IMG/VR virus record: IMGVR_UViG_3300035208_002804 | Location: 72,275-136,274 of that record | DNA length: 64,000 nucleotides | Origin: a virus | Lineage: Duplodnaviria; Caudoviricetes | Strand: one strand, 5' to 3' | Shown: one piece after another, positions 50,481 through 64,000 of the stretch | Layout: the number at the start of each line of letters is the position of its first letter | How positions within the stretch are numbered: position 1 is the first letter of the stretch | Position numbers and translations under genes: made by a program | The notes under the pieces: generated by a model | Told to the model about the DNA's origin: nothing | Seen by the model: the letters and a program-made list of their open reading frames with translations, nothing else | Database searches by the model: none

Positions 50481-53400
50481 ATGAATACTTCGGTAATTTT
50501 ACAGATTTATCAGTATATGGATACTTGTTTGCAGCATCAATTAGTTTATTTTCTTAAGTATCCAAAGCAGATTGATAAAGATGAACAGATAAAAATTTTG
50601 ATGTTTAGAAACACACTATTATTATCAAATTATATTAATAATAATCAATTATTTGTTTCCAAAGTAGAAAAGATTGATACATGTGATTATGTAGTAGATG
50701 AAGATGAAAATGATGAAGGTTACAAATTAGTTCTTTTTAGTTTGTTATAACTCTGTAATGGTGTATAAAGAATGAAACGATTTACATTTGAAATTAAATC
50801 AACATTGAATATTCACTCCGCTAACAAAGAAACTGCTTGGAAAGAATATGATAACTACATGAAGTACAATCAGCCAAGAAATATTCATGTTTATGAAACA
50901 ACATTGATAGAAGAGAAAGATGATAAGGAGATTTAATAGATTGAAATGACCAGTGAAGAAGTTAAACAAATTATTGATAGTTGGAAAGATGATCCTGAAG
51001 TTATAGCAGCAGTAAAATTTATGGATGAAGTTAGTGAACCAACTCTTGAAAATGTATTAAAGATACTCATTAAACTTGGTTCTTATGCATTTAAAGAGAA
51101 CAAAACAAGTGGTGATTATCAAGATATGTTTGCTTTAATTGGGATAACAACTTGTAAAATAGAACAGATCCTTGATAACAAGAAGAAGATTAAAGAGGAG
51201 TGAGAAATGACGGTAAGGTGGTGTATTTATGGTAGAAAATTTTATAGGTTGTTTAAACAGGATCACATGAGAATGAGAAAAATACAAGGTTGTAAAATTA
51301 TTAATAATAAATTAGAATGGTATTAAGTAATTAAAGAGAATTGAGGTATATTATGAGTGAAATTGAATCAAACGATGAAGAATTTAACAAGGTTCCGTTT
51401 AGAGGTGAATTTATGAACAAATTACAATTAATCCGGTACATCCTTAACCACGATGAAGAATTGTTGAACTGGTATTGTTATAACGATGGAACAAAAGAAA
51501 ATCCAGGTAACAAAAATGGATTTAATCTTCCAGAACCAGACGATCTCACATTTGATGATACACATACTTATGGTCTTGGATCATGGGGAGATGTTTGTGA
51601 TCTATTGATTGATGATGGAATAGAACGCGGTATCATATTAGAAACCGATCTCGAATAAAATAAGGAGTTAAGAGGTAAAATTATGGGAATGTATACTGAA
51701 ATTATTTTTGGATGTAGTTTGAAAAAAGATACTCCACTAAACGTTATAAATGTAATGCAGTTTATGACAGATCCAAGTGATTTTAAAGACGAATCAAAAA
51801 TTACTGGTGGTTTACCAGATCATAAATTTTTTAATACCCCAAGATGGAAATGGATGTTTCATTGTTCATCATATTATTTTGGAGTTAATGAATCATCTTC
51901 AAAAATGTGGTATGATGACATATCAAAAGATTATCGAATTTCAGTTCGTAGCAATTTAAAAAATTATGATGATGAAATAGAACTGTTTCTTGAATGGATT
52001 CATCCATATGTTAATCATGGCACCGGTTATAATAATCTCTATGCAATTGTAACATATGAAGAATCAGAAGTTCCAACTTTATATTACAAACCGTATGCTG
52101 AAGATAAAGAAGATGAAGTGGTATGAGATGGTGAATAATGGCTAAAAAAGTTACAGAATCATTTTTAAATCAACTTCTTCCTAATTTTGTCATTGAACAT
52201 GTTGGTATTGAATCAAAGTTAAAAGACTCAATAGAGATCGATTCTCCCACAAAAGGAGGAGCATTAAAGGTTTATTTTGATAGTAATGACATGAAAGATG
52301 CTGAAATTCGTATTAGTAACGCTATTGAACTTCGTAACTTCATGCTAACGAAGATTGAAGAATTAAAAAAGAAAGAATGAAGAATGATAAAATTAACAGG
52401 AATCTTAAACCATGCTTATTGAATATGAACCAAATAAATGTTTCAACACCACTAACATTGTAACGATTGATGTTAATGAACCAACAACATTTTGTAGAGA
52501 TCAAGAACGATATAATTGTATTCATCATGGTTCATGTGATGAATGCCCACAAAAAGGTAATGTTCCCTACATTATAATTATCTCATTCTCAAATGATAAA
52601 ACACGAACAATTGAGAAAAATACTAAAGAAGACGTTGATACATTTATGAATCTTCTTAAACATGCTATGTCGCTTTGTAATGAGCAATTTGTTAAGATCG
52701 AACAGTTTAAAGATTAAATTTAACAAACACTTTTTATTATGACTACTACTAAATCATCAAAAACAACTAAACTTTCTCCCAATTCTAACATTCTTCGGAC
52801 AACTATTAAAAATGCTATTTCATTGCTTAAAGATGGACTAAATAAAGAAGCACTCGATCTATTGGAATCAGATTATGATTATTACCTATCACTGGTAAGA
52901 GATTATGAAAACAAACGATATGAAACAGATGAAGCATACAAAGAGAAACGAAAAACATCAAGTAGAAACTATCAACGTAACAAACGAGAAGAAAAGAAAA
53001 AGAATGTTGATTAAATAATTATGGTGATTAAATTATGTTCTGAATGCAGGTATTACACTACTTGTTATAAAACTAAATTTAATAGTTGGGGATGTAAATT
53101 TTTTAAATTATTTGAAAAAATTAAAAAGAAAGCAGAAGGATGAAAAGTTATTATGAGATCTATTATTGAGCATAAACTAACAACTTCACAAATTAATACT
53201 GTTGAACATGAACGTAAATATTTCAGTGTTAATCTTGTTACATGGTCACTGACAAAAGAACAGGCCACGTATCTCATGCAACGAATAGCAGGTTTGATCG
53301 AAGAAGCCGAACATATCGATCATTGGGAATAAATGAGATGATGAAATATGCCGAAATGTAGTATTTGTGGTAAATCAGTAAACGTGAAGAAGAATCATGT

Positions 53401-54457
53401 TTATGAAAGATTAATTAATAAAGATGGTTCACGTAGTAAAAAGAAAACATATTCTCATGTAGAATGTAATAAATTTATAGATTGAAGGAGTTAATAAACT
53501 AAAAATGACATTTTTTGATAGTAAATGTGAATGTTCTAATTGTTTGAATTTTAAACCCAAAACTGATGATGAAGATAGTGAAGGGGAAAGATATATCATT
53601 ATTTCAAGAAAATGTAGTTTTTCATTTTCTTTAGATCACAATAAAACAATTAAAGAATATGAACATATTGATTGTGAAGTTGAATTAAGTGGATTTCTTA
53701 CTCATAGTGAGGCACGTATGATAATTACACGTATGGTATCTGAATATCATCTTAAAAATTTAGCAATTAAACGATTGCCCGATATGATGCTTATGGAAAG
53801 AATAAATAAAGATGTGAAATTTTAAAAATGACCGATTTTGGATGGGGTTATCCACCAGGAGTTACATCAGTGCCCGGTGATTTCGATAAAGATGCAAGTT
53901 ACAATGCTTATATAACATTGACTTATACTCACTATTTTGATAAGAATTTGGATTTGAATTGTAAAGAATTGGTTGATATAGCGATAAAGCAAGTAAATCA
54001 AAATCATATTGGTATAATTCCTAATTACAATACTGTTAAAATAATAGATTTTTCAGTTCATGAATATATCACGTTCTCATTTGAAGCAGACATTGAAGGT
54101 GACACAACAATCGACTGTCAATATTTCGATTATGAGGATGACACTGAATTAATAAATGACATTGTAGATGACATTAATGAAAAATTAGACGGTTACGATT
54201 TTGATATCATAGAAGTTCATAAAAATGAAATAAGTTACGTAATACATTAAAAGAGATGAAAAGAGATGGAAAATAAAAAGTGTAGACGGTGTGGTTGTGA
54301 ATTAGTTGTTGGAATCAACACGACTCAATATAGAATAGATCATTATAATAATATTTGTAAATCATGTCACAATGAAGAGCGAAATGAAACAAGAGTTTTA
54401 AAAGGTAATAATTACAAAAAACGACCTGATAAAGTATCTAGATTATGGTATAAATAA
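50481..54457 (+). other. Operon of small hypothetical proteins
   Basis: Packed ORFs (50481, 50946, 51341, 51683, 52138, 52412, 52739, 53505, 53828, 54266) with RBSs. Confidence 0.6.
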
Positions 54458-54482
54458 ACATTTTAACAAGAGGGATTAAATT

Positions 54483-55400
54483 ATGACAAAGAAAAAGATT
54501 GAGACATTAGATGATTTTGTTCTTGATGAGAATACCAAGAATGTTATCAAGTTTGCTATCCAAGCAGCAAGAAAGAAGAATGAGTCACTTAAACACATAC
54601 TTTTAACTGGTGCTGGCGGTCTTGGAAAGTCAACGTTAGCAAAAGTTATATCAAATGAATACAATCCAAATGGACATTTCTTTATTGAATATGGGCCTAA
54701 AATCAAGAATGACATAGCAATTATCAACACAATTCGTAAGATGAAAGATGGTGATATCCTATTTATTGATGAAGTTCATGCAATTAAAGACCAAACCATT
54801 ATTGAAATGCTCTATTCAGTGATGCAAGATCGTGTCATCAACGTTCGTGTAGGAAAGAGTAGTCTGTCAAAACCAACAGCATCAATAACAGTTATAGCAG
54901 CAACAACCGATCTATGGAAGTTAACAGATAGTTTCATAGGCAGATTCCCCATTAAAATTGATCTTCTACCCTATTCCGACATTCAATTGTCAACAATGAT
55001 TCACTCTTACAGCGATAGAAATGTTGATTCAAGCGCAGCAGAAAAGATTGCTATCATGTCCAGGGGAATAGCAAGGCTGGCTGTTGAAAGCATCGATACA
55101 ATCAATCTATACGCTGATGCTAATGATATCTCTACTATTGATGTATCAACTGTTAATAGTGTTCTCGGTCTTCTGAACATTGATGAATATGGTCTTACTA
55201 TGATTCAGCGTGACTATCTTAAATTGTTGTCAGATGATTTCAATCGAAGTCTGTCAATCAACATGATAAGTAGCCTGTTAAACAAACCAAAACAAGAATT
55301 AGAACGATTTGTAGAGCCATTACTGATTGAACTGGATCTTATTGAGAAAACAACCAGTGGTAGAAACATCACTCAAAAAGGAATCGAATTATATCAGTAA
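54483..55400 (+). CDS. ruvB: Holliday junction branch migration helicase RuvB-like AAA+ ATPase
   Basis: HILLTGAGGLGKST, LFIDEVH, AATT, GRF, SRG..R, EP.LI...IEKT.SGR. Confidence 0.9.
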   Translation: MTKKKIETLDDFVLDENTKNVIKFAIQAARKKNESLKHILLTGAGGLGKSTLAKVISNEYNPNGHFFIEYGPKIKNDIAIINTIRKMKDGDILFIDEVHAIKDQTIIEMLYSVMQDRVINVRVGKSSLSKPTASITVIAATTDLWKLTDSFIGRFPIKIDLLPYSDIQLSTMIHSYSDRNVDSSAAEKIAIMSRGIARLAVESIDTINLYADANDISTIDVSTVNSVLGLLNIDEYGLTMIQRDYLKLLSDDFNRSLSINMISSLLNKPKQELERFVEPLLIELDLIEKTTSGRNITQKGIELYQ

Positions 55401-55975
55401 AGAAAGAGGATTAAAGAATGAATGAATGTAGCAATGAACGGGAAAACCAAAAAATCATCATAAGCGGGTATCATAAAGATCATAATCAATTTTTCGATGA
55501 TAGCATCTTTCTTGACATTGAATTTCCAGTATGCCCATGTATTGGTGATAAAATAACTCTCGATAATGTTAATGGTAAATGTTCATATCGGGTTGTTGAT
55601 CGTGAGTTTAACTTGTATGGCGTTGACAACTTGTATGAATATACAATTCTAATTTTAGATGATGCATAAAGATGGTGATAGGATAATGGTGACAAGATGA
55701 CATTAAACAATTCAATTCCCCGCACAATAGGTTCTACTTGTGAATTTCACATTACAGTGAAAGGACAATTAACCAATTCTACTCTCATCATATTTGAAAC
55801 TGATAATGAAGATGAATTAGCCCTTAAGATAGCAGATCTTGTATTTGACAACAACATAGAGTTTGAAGTATTTCGCAAATATAAACCAAAGGATAGAAAG
55901 ATTAGTCTGTAAGTGGATTGATACGATACAGTAGTATAAGTCGATTAACATTTTTCACTCTTCTATCTCCCTATC

Positions 55976-56314
55976 ATGTCGAAGCCTATTAAAAAACTCC
56001 ATCCTTCTAATGTTGTATATCTTATATATTCATCGGTTGGGTCTACATTCTCATTCAACGATATTGGACATATGATTACCAATTCTCAATTACAAGGTAT
56101 TTATAGAAAAGGTTATATTTTTAAAACAGGGAGCATTGTTAAAAGCAAATCATTAACTAAACCAAACAATTATATACCAGAGTGGCAAATCTCCAAACTT
56201 GGATTTACAATTATGAATCAATTAGCAATGAAAAAAGAAATGGACATGTATAGAAAAGAGATATCAGTAGGTAGATGTATCATGAGTTTCTTCACAAATA
56301 TTTATCTCCTTTAA
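55976..56314 (+). CDS. Putative winged-helix protein
   Basis: TFSFNDI...IYRKGYI...WQIS..G pattern. Confidence 0.45.
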   Translation: MSKPIKKLHPSNVVYLIYSSVGSTFSFNDIGHMITNSQLQGIYRKGYIFKTGSIVKSKSLTKPNNYIPEWQISKLGFTIMNQLAMKKEMDMYRKEISVGRCIMSFFTNIYLL

Positions 56315-56590
56315 CGTATAACATGTAGAAGATAGGAGTAAATTTTAGCATCTTTCCCTACCACTATTATGCAACAATCTCAAATAGATTCTATCTTATG
56401 CTTAACAACCAACAACAAGATTGATTGGATGGTCATGTTCTATTATTATAACATAATGCATTTATCAGCCGACAGCGTATTGATCGATTGTAGCAAGAAT
56501 CACGAGTATCTTAAATATATCTGACTTCTTTCCAAAAAGGAAATAACTACTTTTAATCAACTTTCCCTCTTATCCAAAGGAAACTCCATT

Positions 56591-56974
56591 ATGACAAGTA
56601 TTCAAAAACCAACATTTAATGAAATCTGTGACAGATATAGAAGAACAAATTGTAGCAAGACACCACATACTTATACTCCGTGTTCGATTGATCATTGTCC
56701 ATTAACAATGTGTAATCGTGTTCAAGAACGTGAAGAAAGCAAATTGATCATGTATACCAGGGCAAGTATAACAAGAGATAAAGAAGAAAGAGATAAAGCA
56801 GAGAGAGAAATCAATGGTAAAGTATCTATAATCGATCTGACTGGTGAGAATGGCAATAGTAATGGTAGTAACAGTAACATGGTTCGTATTAACAAGTCAA
56901 ATGAAAAATCAGAACTTAATCGAATGCTATTAGCAGTAACAAATTTAGAAAACAAGAATAAAAAGAAGAGGTAA
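56591..56974 (+). CDS. Hypothetical protein
   Basis: Cys-containing N-terminus. Confidence 0.55.
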   Translation: MTSIQKPTFNEICDRYRRTNCSKTPHTYTPCSIDHCPLTMCNRVQEREESKLIMYTRASITRDKEERDKAEREINGKVSIIDLTGENGNSNGSNSNMVRINKSNEKSELNRMLLAVTNLENKNKKKR

Positions 56975-57178
56975 AGAAAGGTGGTAATAAATTAATCTTA
57001 CTCTACAAACTATCTATAGTTATCATGCAAAATATTTACAGTAACTATAAATCTATTCTTATTAAATAATTATGATATAAAAACCATTATCATCTTATAA
57101 AACAATTATAGTATTACAAAAGCATACCGAAACTTAATTCGGGAATGATGAAAAACTTATGGAGGTGCAATCAAAAAT

Positions 57179-57505
57179 ATGATAAACATGGTAAATAATG
57201 AAGTGTCTGGTCTGGTGGTGCAGATCGAAAACATGATCTACAAAGAGGCATTGATGAATTGGATTAGTAGTATGACACGCGATCCAAAAGTCAAAGATGC
57301 TTTTGTAGAATCACTTATCGATCTTGGTTATTACGATCAATTCATCGAAAACAATGAAGAAGAAGACGAAGATGAAGTAGATGAAGTAGATGAAGAAGAT
57401 GATTCTATAAACGATGAAATTGATAACGAAGAAAATTATGAAGATGAACCAGAAATTAATGCTGTTAAACAAACCAGAAAAAGAAAACCAATCAAACCAA
57501 AGTAA
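57179..57505 (+). CDS. Hypothetical protein with acidic tract and basic tail
   Basis: GGAGGTG RBS-like motif upstream. Confidence 0.6.
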   Translation: MINMVNNEVSGLVVQIENMIYKEALMNWISSMTRDPKVKDAFVESLIDLGYYDQFIENNEEEDEDEVDEVDEEDDSINDEIDNEENYEDEPEINAVKQTRKRKPIKPK

Positions 57506-57761
57506 AGATCGTAGTAAATCTAATTATTAACTCTTTTTGACTTTTTATTTTTCATTAACGAATGTTTTAGGTGATTAACAAATGAAAGTAGAATTTTATT
57601 TAAGCATGGGCTATGTAAACTGTAAGAAAACAGAGATCGTAGAATTTGATGATAATGCTACTGATGAAGAAATTGACGAAGATCTTCAATACTGGATAGG
57701 AGAACAAATTGAATGCAATTGGAAAAAAGTAGACAAATGATAAATATTAAGGGGGTAGTAT

Positions 57762-58346
57762 ATGATAATTGGCATTATTAAACAACACAAAGTAGAACCA
57801 CTAAAACTATTTAAGAATTCCACGAATAACATTTTTATCGTAACATCGCATTCAACATATCCAATATTATCTATGTTTCAAGATTTAAAATCTAAAATAT
57901 CAATTACAAGATTTTATTCAAAGAAAGAATTTGATTGTATAATTGACGAATTAATAACCTATAAATTGATTAATACAAATATTTTGATTTATAATTTCAC
58001 AGATGCTTCTGTTTTAATTAAATATTATTTCTTTTGGAACTACGGTGAATATTATAGAAATTCAAAATTAAATAATTATTCAAAAGAATTGTGTGAAAAA
58101 TTTAAACTTATATCGGATCGCAATAATAATATTATTTTAATCAATAAACGGAAAGAAATCTTTGACCCGATTAAAGAGAATTTTAATAAAGATATTTATC
58201 AAATGGATTGTATTGGACAAATTAATTATTGCTGTGATATAATTGCATATTTAAATGATAGTGCATTAGTTCCTATTAAATCAAATAATCCAGAAATAAA
58301 ACTAAATATACCTTATGAACCATCACTTGAAAGTTTATTTAACTAA
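57762..58346 (+). CDS. Hypothetical protein, possibly degenerate RecA/DnaB-like fold
   Basis: FKLISD....IILINK...GQINY.CDIIAYL resembles a DnaB C-terminal pattern; no Walker A. Confidence 0.35.
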   Translation: MIIGIIKQHKVEPLKLFKNSTNNIFIVTSHSTYPILSMFQDLKSKISITRFYSKKEFDCIIDELITYKLINTNILIYNFTDASVLIKYYFFWNYGEYYRNSKLNNYSKELCEKFKLISDRNNNIILINKRKEIFDPIKENFNKDIYQMDCIGQINYCCDIIAYLNDSALVPIKSNNPEIKLNIPYEPSLESLFN

Positions 58347-58569
58347 AATTAAAAGTAAATGAATAACGAATAATATCAAAGGAGTAATTTAAGATGACAA
58401 CTGACGATTTTAATTTAAATGAAATGACAAAAACAATTTCAATTTATGACGAAACGATCAATATGGAAACTATTACGTGTCCAGTATGTAATGTTACGGC
58501 AATAATAAAACCCAATTCAAATGTTTTTGAATGTTTTAATTGTAGCAGCAGATTTACCAGAGATTAAAA

Positions 58570-60680
58570 ATGACAATTGAAAGAGTAATTAACCCAAGTA
58601 AAATGAAAACGATTAAAGAATTGATAAATGAACTTTCTAATTTTCCATCTGATTTTAAAGTATTTCATTCTTATGATAAAAACAAATTGATTATAATTCA
58701 TAATGAAACAGGAAATATTGTATATGAAATAGATTTTCCATATATCGAGCAGAACACTGATTATAGTAATAGAGGAGATTATTCTGCATTTAGACCAGAT
58801 TTTTTTACTGTTGTATTTTGTCATAAATGTAACACTGAAAATAAATTACACATTTCTAACAAAGCAGTGAAATGTTCTAATTGTGGAGAAATGATAATTA
58901 AACAAGACATTCAATATGCTCGTGAAATATCAACAAAATGGGATTATACTAATTTCATTCCATCTCGGCAATGTTACCATGAAAAATGTCCATATCACTA
59001 TATAAACGAAGAATACTTTAATTTTAAATAATTTTTATATACTATCTTTCCTCTTTTTCTTTTTTCTTATTTTCTCCAAAAACCCTATACCCAGAATTTT
59101 TTCGATAATTAATTATACTATTAAAGTGTAATTATATATAACAAGATCCTATTATAAAAACTCTCCCGGTGAAAAATTATGATAATGCCAACAGAAGAAT
59201 TTAGAAATCAACTACATGTTAGAATTGGACGATATATAGCACGAACAATGATAGCATTTCAGATAATACTGATTATTCTGAATTTTCTGAATTACATTAC
59301 CTTGCCATTTTACTTGTTATATCTTCCAATTCTCTACATCACAGTATATTTCATTGTTATGACCATAATTCATTATGATCAATTTCAAGATGTATTAGAA
59401 AAAGAACAGTCTGGTTATAACGATGACATTTTCAAATATCTAACCGAAGAAGAAAAAGCACAACGAAAGTAAAGAGAAAATAAGGAAAATAAAATGGAAT
59501 CTAACAATAGCAGTAACAATGATCCCGAAAACTATCTTACCGAAGACGAAAAAGCATTCATTTTTGGTATTTTGATGGTTGTAAGAGCAGAAAAAGAACG
59601 ATTTTGTATGGCAAGCGATCTAAAAATTCTTGACAGTATATTAAAGAAATACAAAAACTGGTAATTCATGGTGAATTAAAATGAATATGAAAATTTATAC
59701 TGTAAAATTTTGGAAGTGTAAATATTGTCCAATTGGATCCGGTTGTGATGATTATAATGAAGTTGGTGGCATACCTGATGACTGTCCATTTCCAGAAAAT
59801 TACGTATCAGATGAGTAAAATTATAGAGAGAAATAAATTATGTTTGAATTTTTAAAGAAGAAAACAGTTGTTCGAAAATCACGTAGTTCATGGATGATAT
59901 CTACTGATCTTGAGTGGGTAATGGATAGGTTGATTTTCAATGATAAATGTTATAAATCTATTTGTGATGAACATTGGTATAATGATGAAGTTATAGCATT
60001 TGAATGTAGACCCCATTGTTCTAATTCATATGTTACAATATTTGATGCTACAGATTGTAAGTATGGGATGCTGGTAACTTTTTTTCAAGTAGCAAATCCC
60101 ACATGGTATATTGAATCTGAAGTATGCAGGCAAAAACTTATTAATCGATTGAATGGGATTATTGAAATGGCTGAACAATTACCATCTCGTGAATCTGAAT
60201 TTTGCAAGAGGCTATAATATGGAGAGAAATATAAATAATATGAAGCGATTTCAATGCCCCGACTGTGGCTTTGTTTGGTTTTATCCACTACATTATATAA
60301 ATTTTATTGACAAATATAAAGAACATACATCATTTTGGTATGTTGAGGATGATCGAATAAATACTTGTCCTAATTGCGATCACAATCCATTTCCTGAATT
60401 TAGATGGTGGCTTCAATCATGGCGTCCCGATGCCAACAATTACTGGAGAAAAAGTGAGTAGAGAGTTTGTTAGGTGTAAATAATGAAATGTGATGTAAAA
60501 ATAAACCAGGATTCTAACACATATGTTTTGGAATTATCATTTGATGAACTTGAGTATATTACAGGATTAGTTCGTTTAAACCTCAAAGGTGATTATAATG
60601 ATGTGCCCGATAATGTTAATGAATATAGGATGTATGAAACTCTTAGAACTCTATTAAAATGCGTAATGGAGGTTGATTAA
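58570..60680 (+). other. Small hypothetical genes (Zn-ribbon and TM proteins)
   Basis: ORFs 58570, 59179, 59840, ~60240, 60483. Confidence 0.55.
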
Positions 60681-60843
60681 TTATGAGTGGTGATCCGTAT
60701 ATTGATTCGTTAGTTCGTGAAATTGCTGATTTGAAAACTGAAAATATTCGATTAAAAGACAAAATATTGGTTAAAGATGAACAGCGTGTTAAAATTATTT
60801 CAGCGACGATTCGATTCTTAAACTTCCTCACCGAGGATGATAT

Positions 60844-61161
60844 ATGATATTGACACGAGAAAAAATATTGATGTTTCTCGCTGGATGTGGCATTTTTTGC
60901 GGTATCTTACTTGCAACCATTTTATTAGTTGCAATTTTTGATGCGATAATTATTGAACCGTATCAACTTGAGAATGCAACAATTGACGGAATTAAGCAGT
61001 CTGATATTTTCTATGTTTATGAATTAAATATTTCAGGAAGTAAAGCATTTGTAAGTTCTGTAAATTATTACAATATGAGCGATAATATTTCAGTATATGT
61101 TCAAAGAGGTGCAATCTCTCATGCTATTATGAGCAATGTTGTTATCAATGGAGCAGTATAG
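60844..61161 (+). CDS. Membrane-anchored protein, paralog A
   Basis: N-terminal TM, ENATI...RGA; N-glycosylation sequons. Confidence 0.6.
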   Translation: MILTREKILMFLAGCGIFCGILLATILLVAIFDAIIIEPYQLENATIDGIKQSDIFYVYELNISGSKAFVSSVNYYNMSDNISVYVQRGAISHAIMSNVVINGAV

Positions 61162-61423
61162 ATGGATTACCTTGACTATATTATCGTTATTTGTACAGGT
61201 ATTGTATTTTTGTGGGATTTACGGGCATTTATATTAATGCATTATCATCGGTGAATTATGGTTAATCTTGATGTAATAGTTATGCAGCACACTGTTCAAC
61301 AAATTAGTGAAAGTGATCTGGTTTTGGGTGTAATAGTGTCAATAATATGCTGTATAATAGTAATCGTGCTTCTCGTTAAAGTGTTTTATATGTATAATTG
61401 ATAAGTTATGACATTTTTAACTT

Positions 61424-63536
61424 ATGATAATGAAAAGTGGGTTGTTATGTGTCCACGGTGGCGTGAAAAAACAAGTGTTGGATTCTGTGCTGATACTTGT
61501 GATTTTTATGAAGGCGATGGATCCGACGAAACGGGACTGGAGTGTAGTTATGAGTGATGTTCCAAAATGGTTACGAAATTTGATAATGAGTCGAATTCAG
61601 ACAATTGATACTAAATTTACAGAATCTTACAAAGAAGGATTACTGGATGCATATTGGGATGTTTTGACGATGCACGATATTAAGTTGGAATTTCCTGATA
61701 AACCGGTTAACTTAACGAAAGATGCTGAATTTGATAGATCGTTGATTAGACTTGATTTAAGAACTAATTTTACAGTGGGATCGCGGTTTTTGTCACATTT
61801 AAGGGGTCCGGTTATACCAATTTGGGTAGAAACACAAGAACAAGTTGATGAAATATTGAATACTCAAGATGACTTTAATCAGTTCATTACAATTGATAAA
61901 CCGGGAGAAATTCAGGAACTTCCAAAGGAAGCCGCTGAAGCAGTTAAACAACACATGGCTGAAATAGATTATAAAGTTGCAACAATTTTACAGAAATCAT
62001 GATTAGAAATGAAATTGGTTGTTGTAATCGATGGGGTCGTTATGCTTTCAGATGGAGAACATATCGATCAATGATGCACTCGTTATCTTGTCTCAAAGAA
62101 CAGGGTTGTTGGAATGGATATAATGATTTGAAGAAATTAGATAGTATGTGTAGTGAAACATTATGAATGCTATAGTTGGAATAATTTGGATGTTTTTTAT
62201 TTTGTTTGTAGGAGCATTTGAGTGGCTTTGCTGGTGTTCAATTCAATATGTGGAAACTAATAATATATGGTATTTTTTAATCGCTGTAATTGGTGCTATA
62301 TTTTGGGTAATAGTTTGGATGTGGATTATACCCAGTGATGAATCATGGTATGATTTTGAGCCAAAGAATGATTTTGAAGCACGTATTAAAAATTGGTGGA
62401 TAAAATGACATTTGTTGATGCTATATTTGATCCCGGTGTTGAACCTTGCGATCTAGTTACTGTTGGTGAAAATGGAATATTGAAAATTGCACGGTTTGGT
62501 GATATGGTTGTTGGAAAAGCAGTTTTGCGCATTACTAATAGAAAAATGGTGTTACTACAGGAATGTTCTCCATTTAAACTGGAAGGAACATGGATATATG
62601 ATTTTGATAGTAATATTGAAAGATTTTACAAGGATAAATTTACACCGACTAATAAATATAGAAAATTCTACAGGGAAGATATTGAATTTGATAACGGATG
62701 CAGTGTAGAAAAGTTTAGTGAAATCTTTGACAAATATTGTAATGATGACAAACCATGGAAAGTGTATAATTATGAACCTGATGAATTTTATCTTGGTTAT
62801 ATGGAAGAATGGGAAAAATGAGACGGAAAATATCTGTTAACTTTGCGTGGGATATTTGGTGTATCGGTGCATTCTGGTTTGGTATAGGTAAAGAAAAGAG
62901 ATTGCATATATTTCCATTTCCATTTGTTGTGATATGCATTGAGTTTGTAGGAGATAAAGAATGAACAAAGTAAAACCAACCGGCGATGAAGATTGCTCCA
63001 ATTGTGCATGGGATTATGAAGGGAACTGTAATATTTCAGAAGTGTCTGGATATGATGGTTGTCCAATTGATATGAATGTAGTTGAACGACATGAAAGGTG
63101 CCCATTAAATGAAGTATAATGAAATAGAGAAAAAATATCCAGTATTTTACAAGTATTATAAAATGCTTGAGGATTACAGGGATATAGTTGATACTAATGT
63201 TCTTGAAGCAATTCCAGAATCATTTATGAATGCAATTGAACTGGAAATTTATGATGGTAATATCAGAGTATATCAACGTGTTGAGTCAAGAATCAAGGTA
63301 AAATGGGATATTACATTAGGTCGATTTATTGGTGAAAACTTATGATCGACATAATCGTAACGTTTTTTGCATTATTAGTATTATTTTTAATATCAGTGGT
63401 TGGATTTCTTGCTTTTATTAGTGGTATTGGATGCTTAATAAGTGGTGATTATGATCGTAAGGAATCATTAGGTGTGTTGATTGTCGGTATCGTAATGTTA
63501 TTACCATTGTTTTACGTTCTTTGGAGTGGTGCTTAA
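61424..63536 (+). other. Small hypothetical and membrane protein genes
   Basis: ORFs ~61550, 62163, 62393, 63109, 63342. Confidence 0.55.
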
Positions 63537-63850
63537 TCATGACCGATGACGCAATACTTGATGGGTTAATATTAATACTTATTGTTTTAGGAATTATATT
63601 TATATCTATGTGTTTTGGTTTAGTTATTGATTTAGTTACGTTGCAAACATCATCTGAAAATGCTACAATTACAAGTGTAACAATTACTATTGATCATTAT
63701 TCTTATAATCTGAATGCAAGTGGGACCACTGTTAAAAATCTGATTAGTAATGATCGATATGAATTAAATCAAACTGTGAACATTGTATTATGTCGAGGTG
63801 CATTTTCTCAATCACCATATGGTGCTGTAACGATCATTAGAGGAAACTAA
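63521..63850 (+). CDS. Membrane-anchored protein, paralog B
   Basis: N-terminal TM, ENATI...RGA; similar to 60844-61161. Confidence 0.6.
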   Translation: MEWCLIMTDDAILDGLILILIVLGIIFISMCFGLVIDLVTLQTSSENATITSVTITIDHYSYNLNASGTTVKNLISNDRYELNQTVNIVLCRGAFSQSPYGAVTIIRGN

Positions 63851-64000
63851 ATGAAACTTACTGAAATTATACAACGACTAAATGAATTAATTGAATTAGA
63901 AGGTGATCAAGAATTATTTGTTGGGTGTCCAGAGGGTTCAGAGTCTATAACTGGTATTAATCCTGTATACGGTTACGAAGACAGATTTCTGCATTATGTA

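Noticed and set aside
1-64000. tRNA, rRNA, integrase, reverse transcriptase/DGR, DNA polymerase, canonical ORB boxes
   Set aside because: No supporting motifs seen by eye; tRNAscan-SE and HMM searches were not run

Overview
About 64 kb of a tailed dsDNA virus (Caudoviricetes, siphovirus-like: tail tube genes and a long tape measure, no sheath gene recognised). The host is very probably an archaeon: there are TATA/BRE promoters about 30 nt before many leaderless ORFs, GGTGA/GGAG ribosome-binding sites, and PKD and DUF2341 adhesin domains. A methanogen host is an inference. Positions 1-31541 hold a minus-strand morphogenesis module: small and large terminase, portal, protease/scaffold, decoration protein, major capsid, neck proteins, two paralogous tail tube proteins, a tail chaperone with a +1 frameshift, a 2294-aa tape measure with an embedded GNAT domain, and tail tip and fibre genes. 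It is interrupted by a DHH phosphoesterase and an HTH-LAGLIDADG gene. Positions 31.8-64 kb hold many small hypothetical genes plus SPFH, RNase HI and RuvB-like genes, and two repeat-rich non-coding control regions (38.2-40.1 kb and 45.6-50.3 kb). The main novel signals are: (1) five dispersed, separately promoted, homologous structured ncRNAs with a conserved U-rich/UUGUUAUGAG core held in a G-U-rich stem; (2) three origin-like modules of 17-bp inverted arms around an exactly 56-bp spacer; (3) a late-promoter motif, TATA-NN-GTAAA. All calls come from reading motifs by eye; no database search or folding program was run.
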